Shown here: piece by piece, positions 25,110 through 37,520 of the stretch
Numbering within the stretch: the stretch's first letter is position 1
Layout: the number at the start of each line of letters is the position of its first letter
Source of the DNA: Cycas panzhihuaensis
Lineage: Eukaryota; Plantae; Cycadophyta
DNA: 64,000 bases
Reading direction: 5' to 3'
Assembly (NCBI GenBank): GCA_023213395.1
Contig: CM041465.1
Span: 182,411,741-182,475,740 of the forward strand
The notes under the pieces: model-generated
Databases searched by the model: none
The model's input: the letters and a program-made list of their open reading frames with translations, nothing else
What the model was told of the DNA's origin: nothing
Program-made: the position numbers and the translations under genes

Positions 25110-28100
25110 TGTAGAAACAACAAGAAGAAATATCAGAAATGTTTGATGTTTATTATGATAGGCCAAGTACATATATATGCATGTTGTACATTGTAACCGA
25201 CGTTGATACTAATGACACATGTCATACATGTCTAAAGATACAAGAAGAGGGAATATGACCCTCAAGATTACACTAGCTAGATGAAGCATTATATCCTAAC
25301 ACCCTCTCTTAATGTTTCATCCCTTCAATCCCAATTTGTCTCTAAGTGTTATGAACCTATCTTTGCTAAGAGGTTTTGTTAGAATGTTTGTAATCTGTTC
25401 ATTTGTTGGACAGCAGAACAAGTCAACTTCTTTGTTTTGAACTTTTTTTTCTTATAAAGTGATGATGGACTTCTATATGTTTTGTTCGAACATGTAGAAC
25501 TAGGTTCTTGGTAAGCTTGATTGCACTTTGATTATCACAGAAAAGTGTTGTTGGTTCTTTTTGTTGCTGATCTAGATATGATAGCAGCTACCTGAGCCAA
25601 ACTACTTCACAAGTTGCGCTGACTGCTGAGTTGTATTTTGCGTCTGTAGATGAAAGAGCAACTGTAGCCTGTTTTTTGCTCTCCAAGAGATTGCTGCTGA
25701 TCCAAGGAAGAAGCAATATCCACTTGTTGATTTTCTTTTTTCTTTGTCTCGAGCCCAATCTAAATCGCAATATCAAATTAATTTGTCTTCTTTCAGTTTT
25801 GGATACATAAGTCTTAAATTAATTGACCCATTTAGATATCTGAGAATTCTTTTTGTTGCTTTCCAATGTTTGATCCTGGTATCCTACATATATCTTGAAA
25901 CTAGACTTACTGCATATGAGATGTCAGGTCTAGCTGCTGTGAGATATATGAGACTGCCAATTGGCTGTTTGTAGAGAGTTTCGTCAACACATTATTCATC
26001 TTTACCAAGGGTGAGATCACAACCTACTTCTATAGGAGTGATACAAGAATTACTTTCTTCCATATTGAATTTTGAGAGCAAATTTTTGATTTATCTGTTC
26101 TAAGGAAAGAAAAAGCAGTATCCACTTTTCTTGCCCTATTTCTATCCCCAAATAGTAGTTCAATAACCCTAGATCAGTCATTTCAAAGCTCCTTTTTAGT
26201 TGTGCCTTTATATTTTCAATTGATTTAGTATTGCTACCAGTGAGAATCACATCATCTACATACACTATGATGATTGTTATCAAACCTCATCTCTTTTTGG
26301 TGTACGGGCTGGAATCTGAACTGCATCTACAGAATCCATTCTGAATCAGATACTTGTCCAACTTAGCATACCAGGTTCTCGAGGCTTGTTTTAAACCATA
26401 CAAAGCCTTTTTTAATCTGCATACCAAATTTTCTTTACCAGGTTGAACAAATCCTTTAGGTTGCTTCATATAAACTTCTTCTTCAAGGTCGCCATGTAGG
26501 AATGCACTTTTTGCATCCAACTAGTAAATTTTCCAATTGTTTTGAGCTGCTAGGGCTATTGCTACTCTTACAGTGTCCAGTTTGGCTATTGAAGAGAAAG
26601 TTTCTTCGTAATCTATCCCAGGAGTTTGAGTGTATCCTTTAGCAACTAATCGTGCTTTGTATTTGCTTATTTCTCCATCAACATTTTCTTTGATCTTGAA
26701 CACCCATTTTCAATTCACTACTGGTTTACCTGGAGGTAGTTTTACTAGATCCCAGGTTTGATTTCTGGAGATTGATTTCATTTCTTCATTCATTGCCGCT
26801 TCGCATTTCTTATGGCCTTTGGCTTCTTCAAATGATTGAGGCTCTATGTTTGTGAATAGGGCCTGATGCTTTTGACTTCTTGTTCTGTGAGCATATATAT
26901 CTCCTTTGCTTTCTTCTATGGTTTTGAGATACCATCTTAGTACTCTTTTTTCCTTCTTGTCTTCTTCAGCTTCAATGTTAGTTTTTGCTTCATCTAGATG
27001 TAATTCTTCCTCTTTGTCAATAGAAATTTCCTGTGATGCCCTCTCTGCATCATTTGTTTCTATGTCTTCTGAAGTGATTCCAGAGACTTCTTCAACCAAA
27101 GGTTGAAATTGTATTGTTCTTTTTGGGACTTCATCAACCAATTGTTGCATTATTGCATCTTTTATGTGATCATGCTCATTGAAAGCAACATCCCTTCTTA
27201 TATAGACCTTGTTTGTCTTAGGGTCTATACATTTGTAGGCCTTCGAGTTTTGGCTATAGCCTACTATTATACATTCTATATTTTTAGACTTTAGTTTTGA
27301 CCTCTTTTTATCTGGAATGTGTACAAGGGCTTTACACCTAAAGATTTTTAGATTGCTTACATTTGGTTTGATGCTGGTCCAGGCTTCCTTTGGAGTAATT
27401 TGATCTAGAGCTTTTGTCGAACTTCTGTTTATGAGATATCTGACTGTGCTGACTGCCTCTGCCAAGTAGATCTTTGGGATCTGACTTTCTTCGAGCATGC
27501 ATCGAGCCATTTCCATGATCGTTCTATTCATTTGCTCAACAACTCCATTGGATTGTGGAGTATATGGAGTTGTGAATTGTTGTCGGATTCCCTGTGCTTT
27601 GTAGAAGTTCAAAAAATCTTTTGAGATGTATTCACCTCCACCATCTGACCTGATACATTTCACTTTTGCTCTAGATTCCAATTCAACTTCTGCTTTAAAT
27701 TCTTTAAGTTTCTCAAAAACCTCAGATTTACAATATAGAAAATAAATCCAAGTTCTCCTAGAGAAATCATCAATGAAAGTCAAAAAATATCTAGCACCGT
27801 TGATTGAGCAGGGTGTGAGAGGGCCACAGAGATCGGTATGTACCATGTCCAACTTATTTTGTGCTCGTCATTCATTTACTTTAAATGGAAAACAGTGTTG
27901 TTTTCCTAGCATACAACTTTTACACATAAGATGTTGAAAAGAAATGTTAGGAAGACCATCAACGATTTTAGACTTTTGCAAATGCATTAGTCTATCAGAA
28001 GAGATGTGCCCATACTTCAAATGCCATAATTTGTTATTATCAGTATTAACTGCAGTACATGCCATCTCATTGAAGGTTACAGGCTTGGAAAGTAACTTAT

Positions 28101-30293
28101 AGAGATCATTACTTTCTATACCTTTAGCAATTAATGCTCCTTCATTTTTCATATAAAAGATATGACAAAGCCATTCTCATCAAACATAGTTCTCAACTTT
28201 TTCTTTCTTAGCTGAGAGATAGAAAGAAGATTTTTTCTCAGTCCTAGAACAAAATATACTTGGCCTATTTTTTTTATGCCTCCTTTTATTTTGATGGCTA
28301 TGGTTCCAACTCCTTTGATATTCAAAGGATGTTTATCTCCTAGTTCAACATATTTATGAGAGGTAAAAGGTTTTAGGGATTTGAACCAATCCTCTTGCCC
28401 AGTCATGTGCTTGGATGCCTCAGAATCAATGTACCAAACTTCCTCATCTCCAATACCAATTGAGAGAGTTGTTATGAATGCGGTTTTCGCCTCATCTTCA
28501 TCATCCTGTTCTTTGTTGAAGTTCCCTGCAAGTCGCTTGCCTTTCTAGATTTCGGCTCTTCTTTGTGGACACTGGTATGGATAGTGTCCAGATCGTCCGC
28601 AGTGATAGAAAACATCAAAGGTTCTGCAATTACTAGAGTAGTGTCCTGCTCTTTCACAGTTGAAGCATACTCTGGCCTCTCTAGGAGGTATGCTACGACC
28701 TCGACCACGGTTGTCTTGACCTCTTCCTCGAGACATACTTCGTGTGTCAGGAGTTCTAGCATGTCTGCGAGATTGACCCCTTCCTTTGGGTCCTAGATGA
28801 AGTTTGGTGACGAATGCATCTTCAATTTCTGTCGTGTCCTCATATTACTTGTTCCTCTGTTCCTGTCTTAGAAGTAGTCATGTCAATGTGTCAAGAGTCA
28901 TATTATTGATTTGATCGTTATTGGTGATAGTGTTAATTGTCACATCAAATGACTTTGGCAGCTTGCTTGCTACCATTTCAACTATTTCCTGTTCTTCAAT
29001 TTTGGCACCTGCACTCAACAAGTCATTTCTGATGGAAATGATTTTATGAAGGAATTCAGAGATGGTTTCAGATTCCTTCATGTGTAATTTGAACAAATCC
29101 TCCTTAATTGCTATAATTCGAGCTTTATTTTTCTATCCATACATGTTCTTAAACAGTTGCTAAACTTCTGTGGATAAATTTACGTTGTCAACATAAACAA
29201 GCAGAGGATCTGAAATTGAAAGCTTCAGTGTGTTTAAACTTGCATTGTCCCTTTCTTCCCAACTGGGAAAATCCAAGTTATCTTCATCAGGTTTTGACTC
29301 TTTCCCAATGGCTATTTTCTAGGCATTTTTGGCCCTTACAAGGGTTTCTATCTTAATCTTCCAGACATGGTAATTTGTGGCACCCATTTTATCTTGTTCT
29401 GACAAAGCGAGGACAGAGGAGGCCATTTTAATGCAAACAGAGGTCAGAAATGTGGATCATTCAGATAGCTATACGCACTGTACATAAATGAAAGTGTATG
29501 GATTTAAACGAAAGCAGACTCAAAAGACAGGTCTTGATACGAGGATTCCAAATCTGTGATTATTTTTTGAAAATGTTTTTTGAATGCTGAGAAATCAGGT
29601 TTGAAAAGGAGAGGGCAGCGACTAGGGTTTTAGCTAAAAAATGCTAAAATCTTCTTGAATCTTCAATTGTAATCACAAATCACAAACTTAAATCTTCAAT
29701 CACAGAGAATAGATTAGATTTGGATTGGTTTTACTGTGATTTTCAAAGAGATTGAGGAGAAATCTGGGATTTTTTGCTCAAACCCACACGGCTGGAAAAA
29801 TGAGTAACAAAGCCTTACAACGGCTTCAGATGCCTTTGGTCTAGAAGAGAAAAGTGTTCCTCATGATGAGACGATCTTGTAGACCAAATTTCATCAAGAT
29901 CTGAGAAGGTCAAAAATTTGGTGACCATATAGGTCCGTACGAATGATATTTTCAGCAGACTACTTCTTCTTCAGAATGAATTACCTTCGTCCTCTGTCCT
30001 CCTTGAGACTCAAATTCAATTGATTTCGATTTAACTCAGAAATCCTTGCGTTGCTTCTAGGTCTTCTAATTGGGTAGCCAGGTAGGCCTGCTCTGATACC
30101 ATGTAGAAACAAGAAGAAGAAATATCAGAAATGTTTGATGTCTATTATGATAGGTCAAGTACATATATATACATGTTGTACATTGTAACCGACGTTGATA
30201 CAGATGACACGTGTCATACACGTCTAAAGATACAAAAAGAGAGAATATGACCCTCAGGATTACACTAGCTAGATGAAACATTATATCCTAACA
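25110..30293 (-). mobile_element. Element G: full-length pseudogenised Copia with very short (192-bp) LTRs
   Basis: TSD AAGCG/AAGTG. LTRs 25110-25301 and 30102-30293, about 12 mismatches by eye. PBS 30090-30101; PPT 25302-25311. Two CCHC knuckles ~28570-28670, integrase ORF 26710-27852, RT YVDD ~26255. Confidence 0.95.
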
Positions 30294-33282
30294 AAGTGTC
30301 ACTTTAAGATAGAAAAGGGACAATGACACATAACCCTCAATTTACATAAAGATCATTTTAGTACAAGTCTTATGATAAAACATTAATATTCTAACACAAA
30401 GGACTCTTTTCTTTGAATATTTAAGGTGATGTTGAGATTGGTTGTGAGTATTGTTCTCCATGGGACAATTTGGATGCAGGTCTCTAAGATGCAGAAAGTG
30501 ATAATTGTTGTAACAATTGTCGAGGAAGTAGTAAGCAAATATTTGAAGAAATGTTTGTTACAATTTTTCTTATAACTTAAAAGAGGACAATTATTGTAGC
30601 AATTGTAGGAAGATTGCTGTAGCAATCTTTTTAAGAATTGTGCCAAAGTGTAAGCTATTGGTTGTTGATGATGTAGGCACTAGAGTGTAGGCCTAGGATG
30701 CTGAAGATACAGGTGGTTGAAGCGTAGGTAACTAATAGGTCAAGGAGGTAGGTTGCCAGTGTAGGTGATTGATGGGTTGAGAATATAGCCACTGGTGACT
30801 CTGACTAATGTTTTATTGCTCTAGGATGGCTATATAAATGTATCATTGAGTAGTGAATAAAAAATAACTGCTTTCTTTGTCACATTTGTTTATCTATAGT
30901 TATTAGTGGTTAAGAGTGTTAATTATATCTTTAATTTGATGTGCTGTTTTTATAAGCATCAATGGTTGAAAGTGGCAGCTTGGTTAAAGTGTTATGTATC
31001 TTGTTGGCTTGATAGTTTGGCACATGACAAGTTGGATTACCAGATTTGTGAACCTGGCAGGTTGGGTCCATGAACCCATTTCGAACCTGATCCGGGTTAA
31101 TTGGTTCTTGACAAGGTTTGCCTGAGACCTAAGCTGGGTTCAGCTCTAGTGAACCCTGTCAGATAGGGTTTGGCCTAGCCAAGTTCTACAAGAGAACTGC
31201 TGGCTGGACGAATCCTGCCAAAAAAACACTTCAAAAGAGAAAAACAGGCATGATGATTTCATATAATTTAAATGTTGCAGAGAAAAGATAAAAATGCAAA
31301 TGCAAAATCATTGGTTGTGATTTTGATTGAATTGAAAGACCAAAATCTACACGTTTTGAATGTTGAAGATGCATATACATTTTGATGCTTTTTGTTGGAA
31401 CATCATTATGAAGATGACATTGGAATTCTAAAGATCATCATTCTTTGTATTATGTGTTGTAGCCAATTCTAATTAAAGACATAAATTTGGAAGACACGTA
31501 CATGATAACAATTGTCCTATTGATGTATTGGTCATGGATAAAGACCATAACGACTCTATTTTTGCTATGGTATCTCTGTGAAGTTACTTATCTCAATTTA
31601 GGACTGGAACCCTTAAATGTGATTGCTAGCAAAGAATATGATTAGATATTAAATGAAGGATAAAAAATATAATTGAGAAATTAGTTGGGAGATAATTTGG
31701 ATAATTAACAATAATTATATCTATTTTCATTAACAAAAGCAGTTAAACCTTATAGCAAAATCAAAATAGTATAAACAATATAAAATAGTGCTTTCTCTTT
31801 GTCAAATTATTGGTCTAACTTTCCCCAAATGGTAACATTGTGGGGGCAATTCTCTACATTCTAAGAAATTTCGTTTTTATAGTATTTTATTTGTTTTCAA
31901 TTGATATTTAATTTTTTTTTTTATAGAATGCTTCTATGAAAAGTGTAAGTGATTTGCCCCTACACTCTGCAATTTTTTTTTTCTACAATCAAATATTTGG
32001 ATAGGAAATGCAACTAATCTGGCTATCGGGCAATATATTTTCTTTGATTTCTTTATCTTTATTTTTATTAACAGAATTGTTCAATGTATTATTGTGTGTG
32101 CGTTTCATGATTAATCTTCATGCTTATGAATTATTTATTTTTTATTTTTATTTAAAAAATTTCCAAACCTGAACTTGTGGACCCTGTTTTTCGAGAGAAG
32201 CCAACTTCTTTGAATTTCCAAATCCATGAAACTGTTAGAAATAATGTTTAATGTGTGTGGGTCCTAGGACAATAAGTGATAGTCCTAAGTCTTAGGGTCA
32301 AAAGGTCATTATAATACTATATAAAAGGATATAAGTTTATTGGTCAAGTTAGTGGTGTAATGCTATTGGTCAGGACAAAGGTATTTGTCCCACATGCATT
32401 ACTTGTGTTGAATAGTCTCCCACCTCTTTGGTATATAAAGGTGGTTGAGGTAGTATGTAAAGACATCACATCATCAAGGCTCATATTGAGTCTTTGGTGC
32501 TTTTGGTATGGTAATACATTCTGATTATATTGTGTTAGTTTCTGTTGATGTTATTGATCTTGCTGTTGATGAGTGTTCTCCATGTTAAAATCTTAACATG
32601 GTATCAGAGCAGGTTGTGTGTTGAGGACATTGAAGTGTTGGGTCAGCTGCTAAATTGAGGATTCGAGTTAGAAAGGAGATTGAGAGAAAGGAGAAGCCCA
32701 GTAGAACATAAAGTACTCAAGCAAGGAAGAAGATTCATTAAACCATGCTGATATGAATCAGAAATTTCACTAGGTAATATCACTTCTTCATTGCATTGTT
32801 TGTGTTATGGTTATCTTGGAGTCAAGGCCAACATATATGATTGATGTGTGGAGGATATTCCTTGGATCTGTATTCTGGCTACTGTGACATGTCTATGGAA
32901 ATATGATTGCCAATATTCATGAGTTGCCAGTTTTGATTTAGGGATTGGTGAAACCCTAACCCCAGAAATATTATAAGCGGTGAGGTGAAGAAGGTATTAG
33001 TTATGTATGAAAGACTTACCCTGCTACATGAATGAAGTGTAATTCAAACCTCTGCCATAGAAGATTGTCCTGTAAGTTGACCTTCAGTCCGTAGGCCTTT
33101 CTGATAAAGACTGCAAGTAATTCTCTAAGGATAGGATCCATTCCGGTTGAAGAACAAGCAATACACTGGAATCCCAATGACTTCAAGTCGTGAGACCATC
33201 TCAACAAGATTCTTTGCCGATTATTAGTTCAGCTTTCAGTTCATTTTCATCAAATCTGCAGCTGCACCAATAGGCGTAGACA

Positions 33283-33340
33283 AGACTGCCTGAAACCTAT
33301 TTCATGTTCTCAGACTGCCTGAAACCTATTTCATGTTCTC
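33283..33340. repeat. 29-bp perfect tandem duplication in the element I cargo
   Basis: AGACTGCCTGAAACCTATTTCATGTTCTC occurs twice. Confidence 0.9.
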
Positions 33341-33759
33341 AGTCTCATCCATAGTCTTGTCCTCATCATCAATATTCTGGTCCGCATGCTCGACTGTCTC
33401 GAAGTTGGCAGATGAGGTAGACGACATAGAGAACAATGGTGTGTTATGAATCGACTGTACGTTGTAGGCTTTGGACACTTGAATGCCCAAGGGTTGGTCC
33501 TTGCGTGCAAGAATGCTGTTGGAAGACTTTTTCAGTTTGTGTTTGATAGTGCAGGGTCTCCCCGAGAATGTCTGGCGTAACTTGCCTCTGGTGATGTGCC
33601 CTAAGTGATGGGTTTAACGTCAGACTCCATGAGAAGACAATAACTGTCTCACCGCAGTTATCTACTCCGAATAATGGCAGATATTAAGTGACAAAGATCA
33701 CCAACATATACGCTGTGCAGAGTAAATCGAAAGAGGATTTCAGAAAGGAGAAGAAACGC

Positions 33760-34595
33760 ACCTGTAATATCATTGCCAAACACAAAGTCACCACTGTTGC
33801 GATCAGGTAAATGCTTCCTACGACTCAATATTTGTCTGGATTTACCGCCCCATGAAGGAAGATGCTATATGTTAATAGCAGCTAGCGGTCTGAGTACGCA
33901 CCAGAGGAGTGAGGCCACAGGTTATATCCACTTTCTCCTAAGATCCATGTCATCAAGGAAATAACTGCAGGCGCCAGGTTTGATTCCACAATCCAAACAA
34001 ATCAACTGAGTGAGAAATCAGAGGAGTGGCATGCCCTCCAGATTTTTCATTCTGGCATCATTATCTATCCAAGGAGGCAACTGGGTTCCATCGTTCAAGA
34101 TTAGATCTATCTCAGATACATCTGCGCTCTTTTAGGCTCTCTATATCAATACCCACATGGTTTCCATTCAAATCATTAATTTCCTTGTTCATTGCAGAAT
34201 CAAACTCCACTGCAAACCTGGGCATGAGAGAAATTGATTTTCATGACCGGATTTATTTATTGCATAGCTCTGTTATATCAATTTATGGTGGTTTGTGTTG
34301 AGAAGACATCTTTATTTGGTATACCATCAAAGGTTCTCACGTGACTTACTCGACTGCCTCTTTGGACCATAACTGTTCCATAACAGTCCCACGTATAAAT
34401 GCTACCTATAGATTCCCTGTAAGCAACTGCTTCATGCCAAGGGAGATGGACATTAGCTGTAGAAATGCGAGTTTTTGAGATGCTACAGGTATTCTGTTGG
34501 GACTCCTGCTGAAAGGTAAAGTAACAAATCTTGACAGCTTTGGATACCGGCTAAAATAAGGACAAGATTAGCAATCTGGCAAAGGTCTTGAACAT
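33760..34595 (-). pseudogene. Captured, degraded L-type (legume) lectin receptor-like kinase ectodomain/TM fragment inside element I
   Basis: Minus-strand 34216-34131 reads FAVEFDSAMNKEINDLNGNHVGIDIESL, the legume-lectin signature. In shifted frames it is followed by SADVSEIDLILNDGTQLPPWIDNDARMKNLE, PLISHSVDL, INI*HLPS and a TM-like VVGSIYLIATVVTLCLAMIL (~33765-33825). A signal-peptide-like [14 protein letters not shown] starts at 34595. Confidence 0.82.
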
Positions 34596-36999
34596 AGTCC
34601 CGGGCAGGTACTCATGAAGATAGAGTCGCACTTTGTCATTGAAGGTGAATCACAACAAGACACTATTACTACATGCGGTGAGGAGGTCATTTCTTTACAG
34701 CTTGTAACACAGTGGTGTGATAAACTGGCTGGAAGAGTAATCTTGATAGGAAACTCCAATCTTTGGTCAGTTGGTTGCTTACAGGCATACACAAAATGTG
34801 GAAGGAGAGCACTGCCCATCATGATGGTTGTCTTGGCAGCAACATTCATAGATTGTGAGGAGAGCTGGAACAAGATTCGTTTAAGTCTTCTTTTGTTGAT
34901 TTGATTTTCAAGTTGAAGTGGATATTCTTTTATCATACATCATGGAGTTAAGTGACATTATCACCTTTGTTCTTGAGAGAAATGAATATTGGCTATCAGA
35001 TCTTTGTTTTCCTCTGCCCAAATACACTGGAACTAATTTTCGTTTTTGGAAAATTAAGATGGAAAGTCTATTTGTAGTGAAGAAACTTTGGAAAACAAAT
35101 CATGGGGACCGAAATGGCTCACGAAGAAGGAGGAAATCTTCAAAAGGAAACACTGAATTGTTATTGACATGATACTTGCAGCCATTGATAAGGATAACCT
35201 CCCATCTTCCTATCACTTTATTATCCGGGTTCTACGTAATATGGATCGTGAGGATTCTTGGAAACTACCGATGTATGAATGAAAAGGACACAAGAAATGC
35301 AGCAGCAGAGAATCAAAAGGGCAAAGAATCAGAGGAAGAAGTTGAAGAGGAAAGGAAAAAGGGAAAAGCAGCGTGACAAAGCCATAAGTCTCATCAAGGA
35401 ACTAGCTTTGGAGGCTGAAGATTTCAGGCATCAATCTTTGCCGGTAATAGTTCATGGAGACATGAGTTGCCTAACAAAAGGTATGGATAATGTTATCCTA
35501 GTTTGTGTTGACAGGTTGGTAGGAAGAATTCAAATAATGACAGGTCATACAGTGATTTGCATGTATTGGAAACTGTCCATGATCTCCCTTAACTCAGTTA
35601 CATCCTCCATTCTCATTTTTGAAAAGATCAAAATTATAACAACATATCCTAGAGCGGCACTAGAAAGTTGTTTTCAAAGGAACATAAGGAGGATACCATG
35701 TCATCAAGATCTTGCTTATCGAATTCATATTACCTTTTGGATAGGTTACCTGATTATGAAAGTCAATTGTATTGAAGTAATGTTCCATGTATGCATATCC
35801 ATAATTAGAAAGCATATGCATGTGAGTATCATAGAAATACTCATTATACTCAGTTCATGGAACCCTTTGAGTGACATAGAGAAATCAAGGTACATCACAC
35901 AGATTACAGGAACTCGACTCAATAAATCCATTGCTTCAGGGGAGGATAATGATGATGTCTCATTGCTACATTTGGATAATGATGATATTGCTAACATCTA
36001 TTTTTTTGGTCACTCACGACCGAAGAAAATGGAAGTAAACAGGTGATAGATATCTTTGATGAGTATATGCAAGATCATGTGGAATTAGCCATCATTCACT
36101 ACTTGTTTAACATGGCAAAGGATTCTCAACTATGTATGAAGTTGAAAGAAGCAAAGCTCGAAGATCGTCAGTTCAAAGGACAGCTTCAGAAAGGACACTA
36201 CAAGGTTGAAGACCAAGACTATGCCCAAGACATGGTGTTCAAGACCTTTCCAAGATCAAGGCGGTGGAGATTCAAGAAGACAAAGTGAATTAGAGTCTGT
36301 TGATAGTCATGTTGTCTTTAATGTCTCAAATTCATGTCAAGTGTCAATGTATGTCAAATTGTCCTTAGTTCAAACATTAAACATTAAGGGGAGGTGTTAG
36401 AAATAATGTTTAATATGTGTGGGTCCTAGGACAATAAGTGATAGTCCTAAGTCTTAGGGTCAAAAGATCATTATAATACTATGTAAAAGGATATAAGTTT
36501 ATTGGTCAAGTTAGTGGTGTAATGCTATTGGTCAGGACAAAGATATTTGTCCCACATGCATTACTTGTGTTGAATAGTCTCCCACCTCTTTGGTATATAA
36601 AGGTGGTTGAGGTAGTATGTAAAGACATCACATCATCAAGGCTCATATTGAGTCTTTGGTGCTTTTGGTATGGTAATACATTCTGCTTATATTGTGTTAG
36701 TCTCTGTTGATGTTATTGATCTTGCTGTTGATGAGTGTTCTCCATGTTAAAATCTTAACAGAAACTCTGAACCTCCAAATCCAACAACCTTGGTCACAAG
36801 TTGCTTTGGTATTTGTCCCATGTCTTTTCTTATATCTAGATTGTAAGTGGGGTTGAGTAGCCACCAGAGTTACCAAACACAATTTGGTATGATGTTGAGT
36901 CTTCAATGAAATTAAAGGCACTTTTGCCCAAATGCAGGTTTTAAAGTGCAAAACAATGAAGCAGTTATGGTCAGTGGGTCTATCTTGCACATAGCAGCC

Positions 37000-37520
37000 A
37001 ATTCCTGAGAATTAGTAGAGGGCGAGAGAGATACATCTTTGGTTAACATAGTAGGTAAAGGCAGACAGGGGGCCTTGGAAGTCTCTACATAAGTAGTGGT
37101 ATCAGCTTCTGATCTCATAGTAAACTAGAAAATGAAAAATACAATCTTCCTTTATCTCAGGCTCAAATGAATTCGATCCGCAAATGCACTTTGCCCTGGG
37201 AGTAAGATGTTCAATTTTCTCTTTTAGTTGATGAGAGCATACCCTGAGCTGACCCATGGAGAATATCAAGCCATGTGATGTGTGGAGGCATATGTATCCT
37301 GGTGGAGTGATAATGCCATTGATGATGCTGATAAAGTTGTCCTAGTAAAAAGATGATTTGGGGTTGAGCCCCTGAGTCAGTGATATCCAAGTGAGATGCA
37401 GATAGGCTCAGCAGATTACAAAAGTGAGTCAAATCATCAAGTTGTCTCTGAAGTCCTTTCGGGGTGGAAGAAAGAACACCATCATCTGCAAATAGGAGAT
37501 AGTGATTAGAAAAGTTCGTA
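37000..37520 (-). mobile_element. Truncated, degenerate LINE (RT and C-terminal region)
   Basis: LLFADDGVLSSTPKGLQRQLDDLTHFC (non-LTR RT FADD motif, ~37420-37500), then QLRVCSHQLKRE (~37215-37250) and YEIRS*YHYL (~37085-37120). Confidence 0.75.

Larger units (their letters stand above)
20129..30396 (-). mobile_element. Element F: degenerate Copia whose 5' LTR is split by element G and whose 3' end carries a deletion
   Basis: Imperfect TSD CAAAA/CAAAG. 5' LTR is 24997-25109 plus 30294-30396. Degenerate PBS 24985-24996. gag-PR-IN-RT ORF fragments span 20330-24290. The 3' LTR (20129-~20314) is fused directly to the RNase H VFHARTK codons. Confidence 0.88.
32233..36760 (+). mobile_element. Element I: young non-autonomous Copia-type LTR element carrying captured host sequence
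   Basis: Perfect TSD GAAAC. LTRs 32233-32598 and 36395-36760, both 366 bp, about 6 mismatches by eye. PBS TGGTATCAGAGC 32599-32610; PPT AAGGGGAGG ~36386-36394. Only vestiges of gag (YTGTNFRFWKIKMESLFVVKKLW ~35020-35095) and possibly RNase H (~35860-36010). No RT or integrase motifs. Confidence 0.93.

Noticed and set aside
33016-33207. Kinase C-terminal remnant of the captured LecRK
   Set aside because: Only a faint resemblance (LGFQC..DP..R) and no GxGxxG, HRD or DFG motifs; not supportable.
37096-37105. PBS-like TGGTATCAG
   Set aside because: No adjacent LTR end. It is the antisense of LINE coding sequence.
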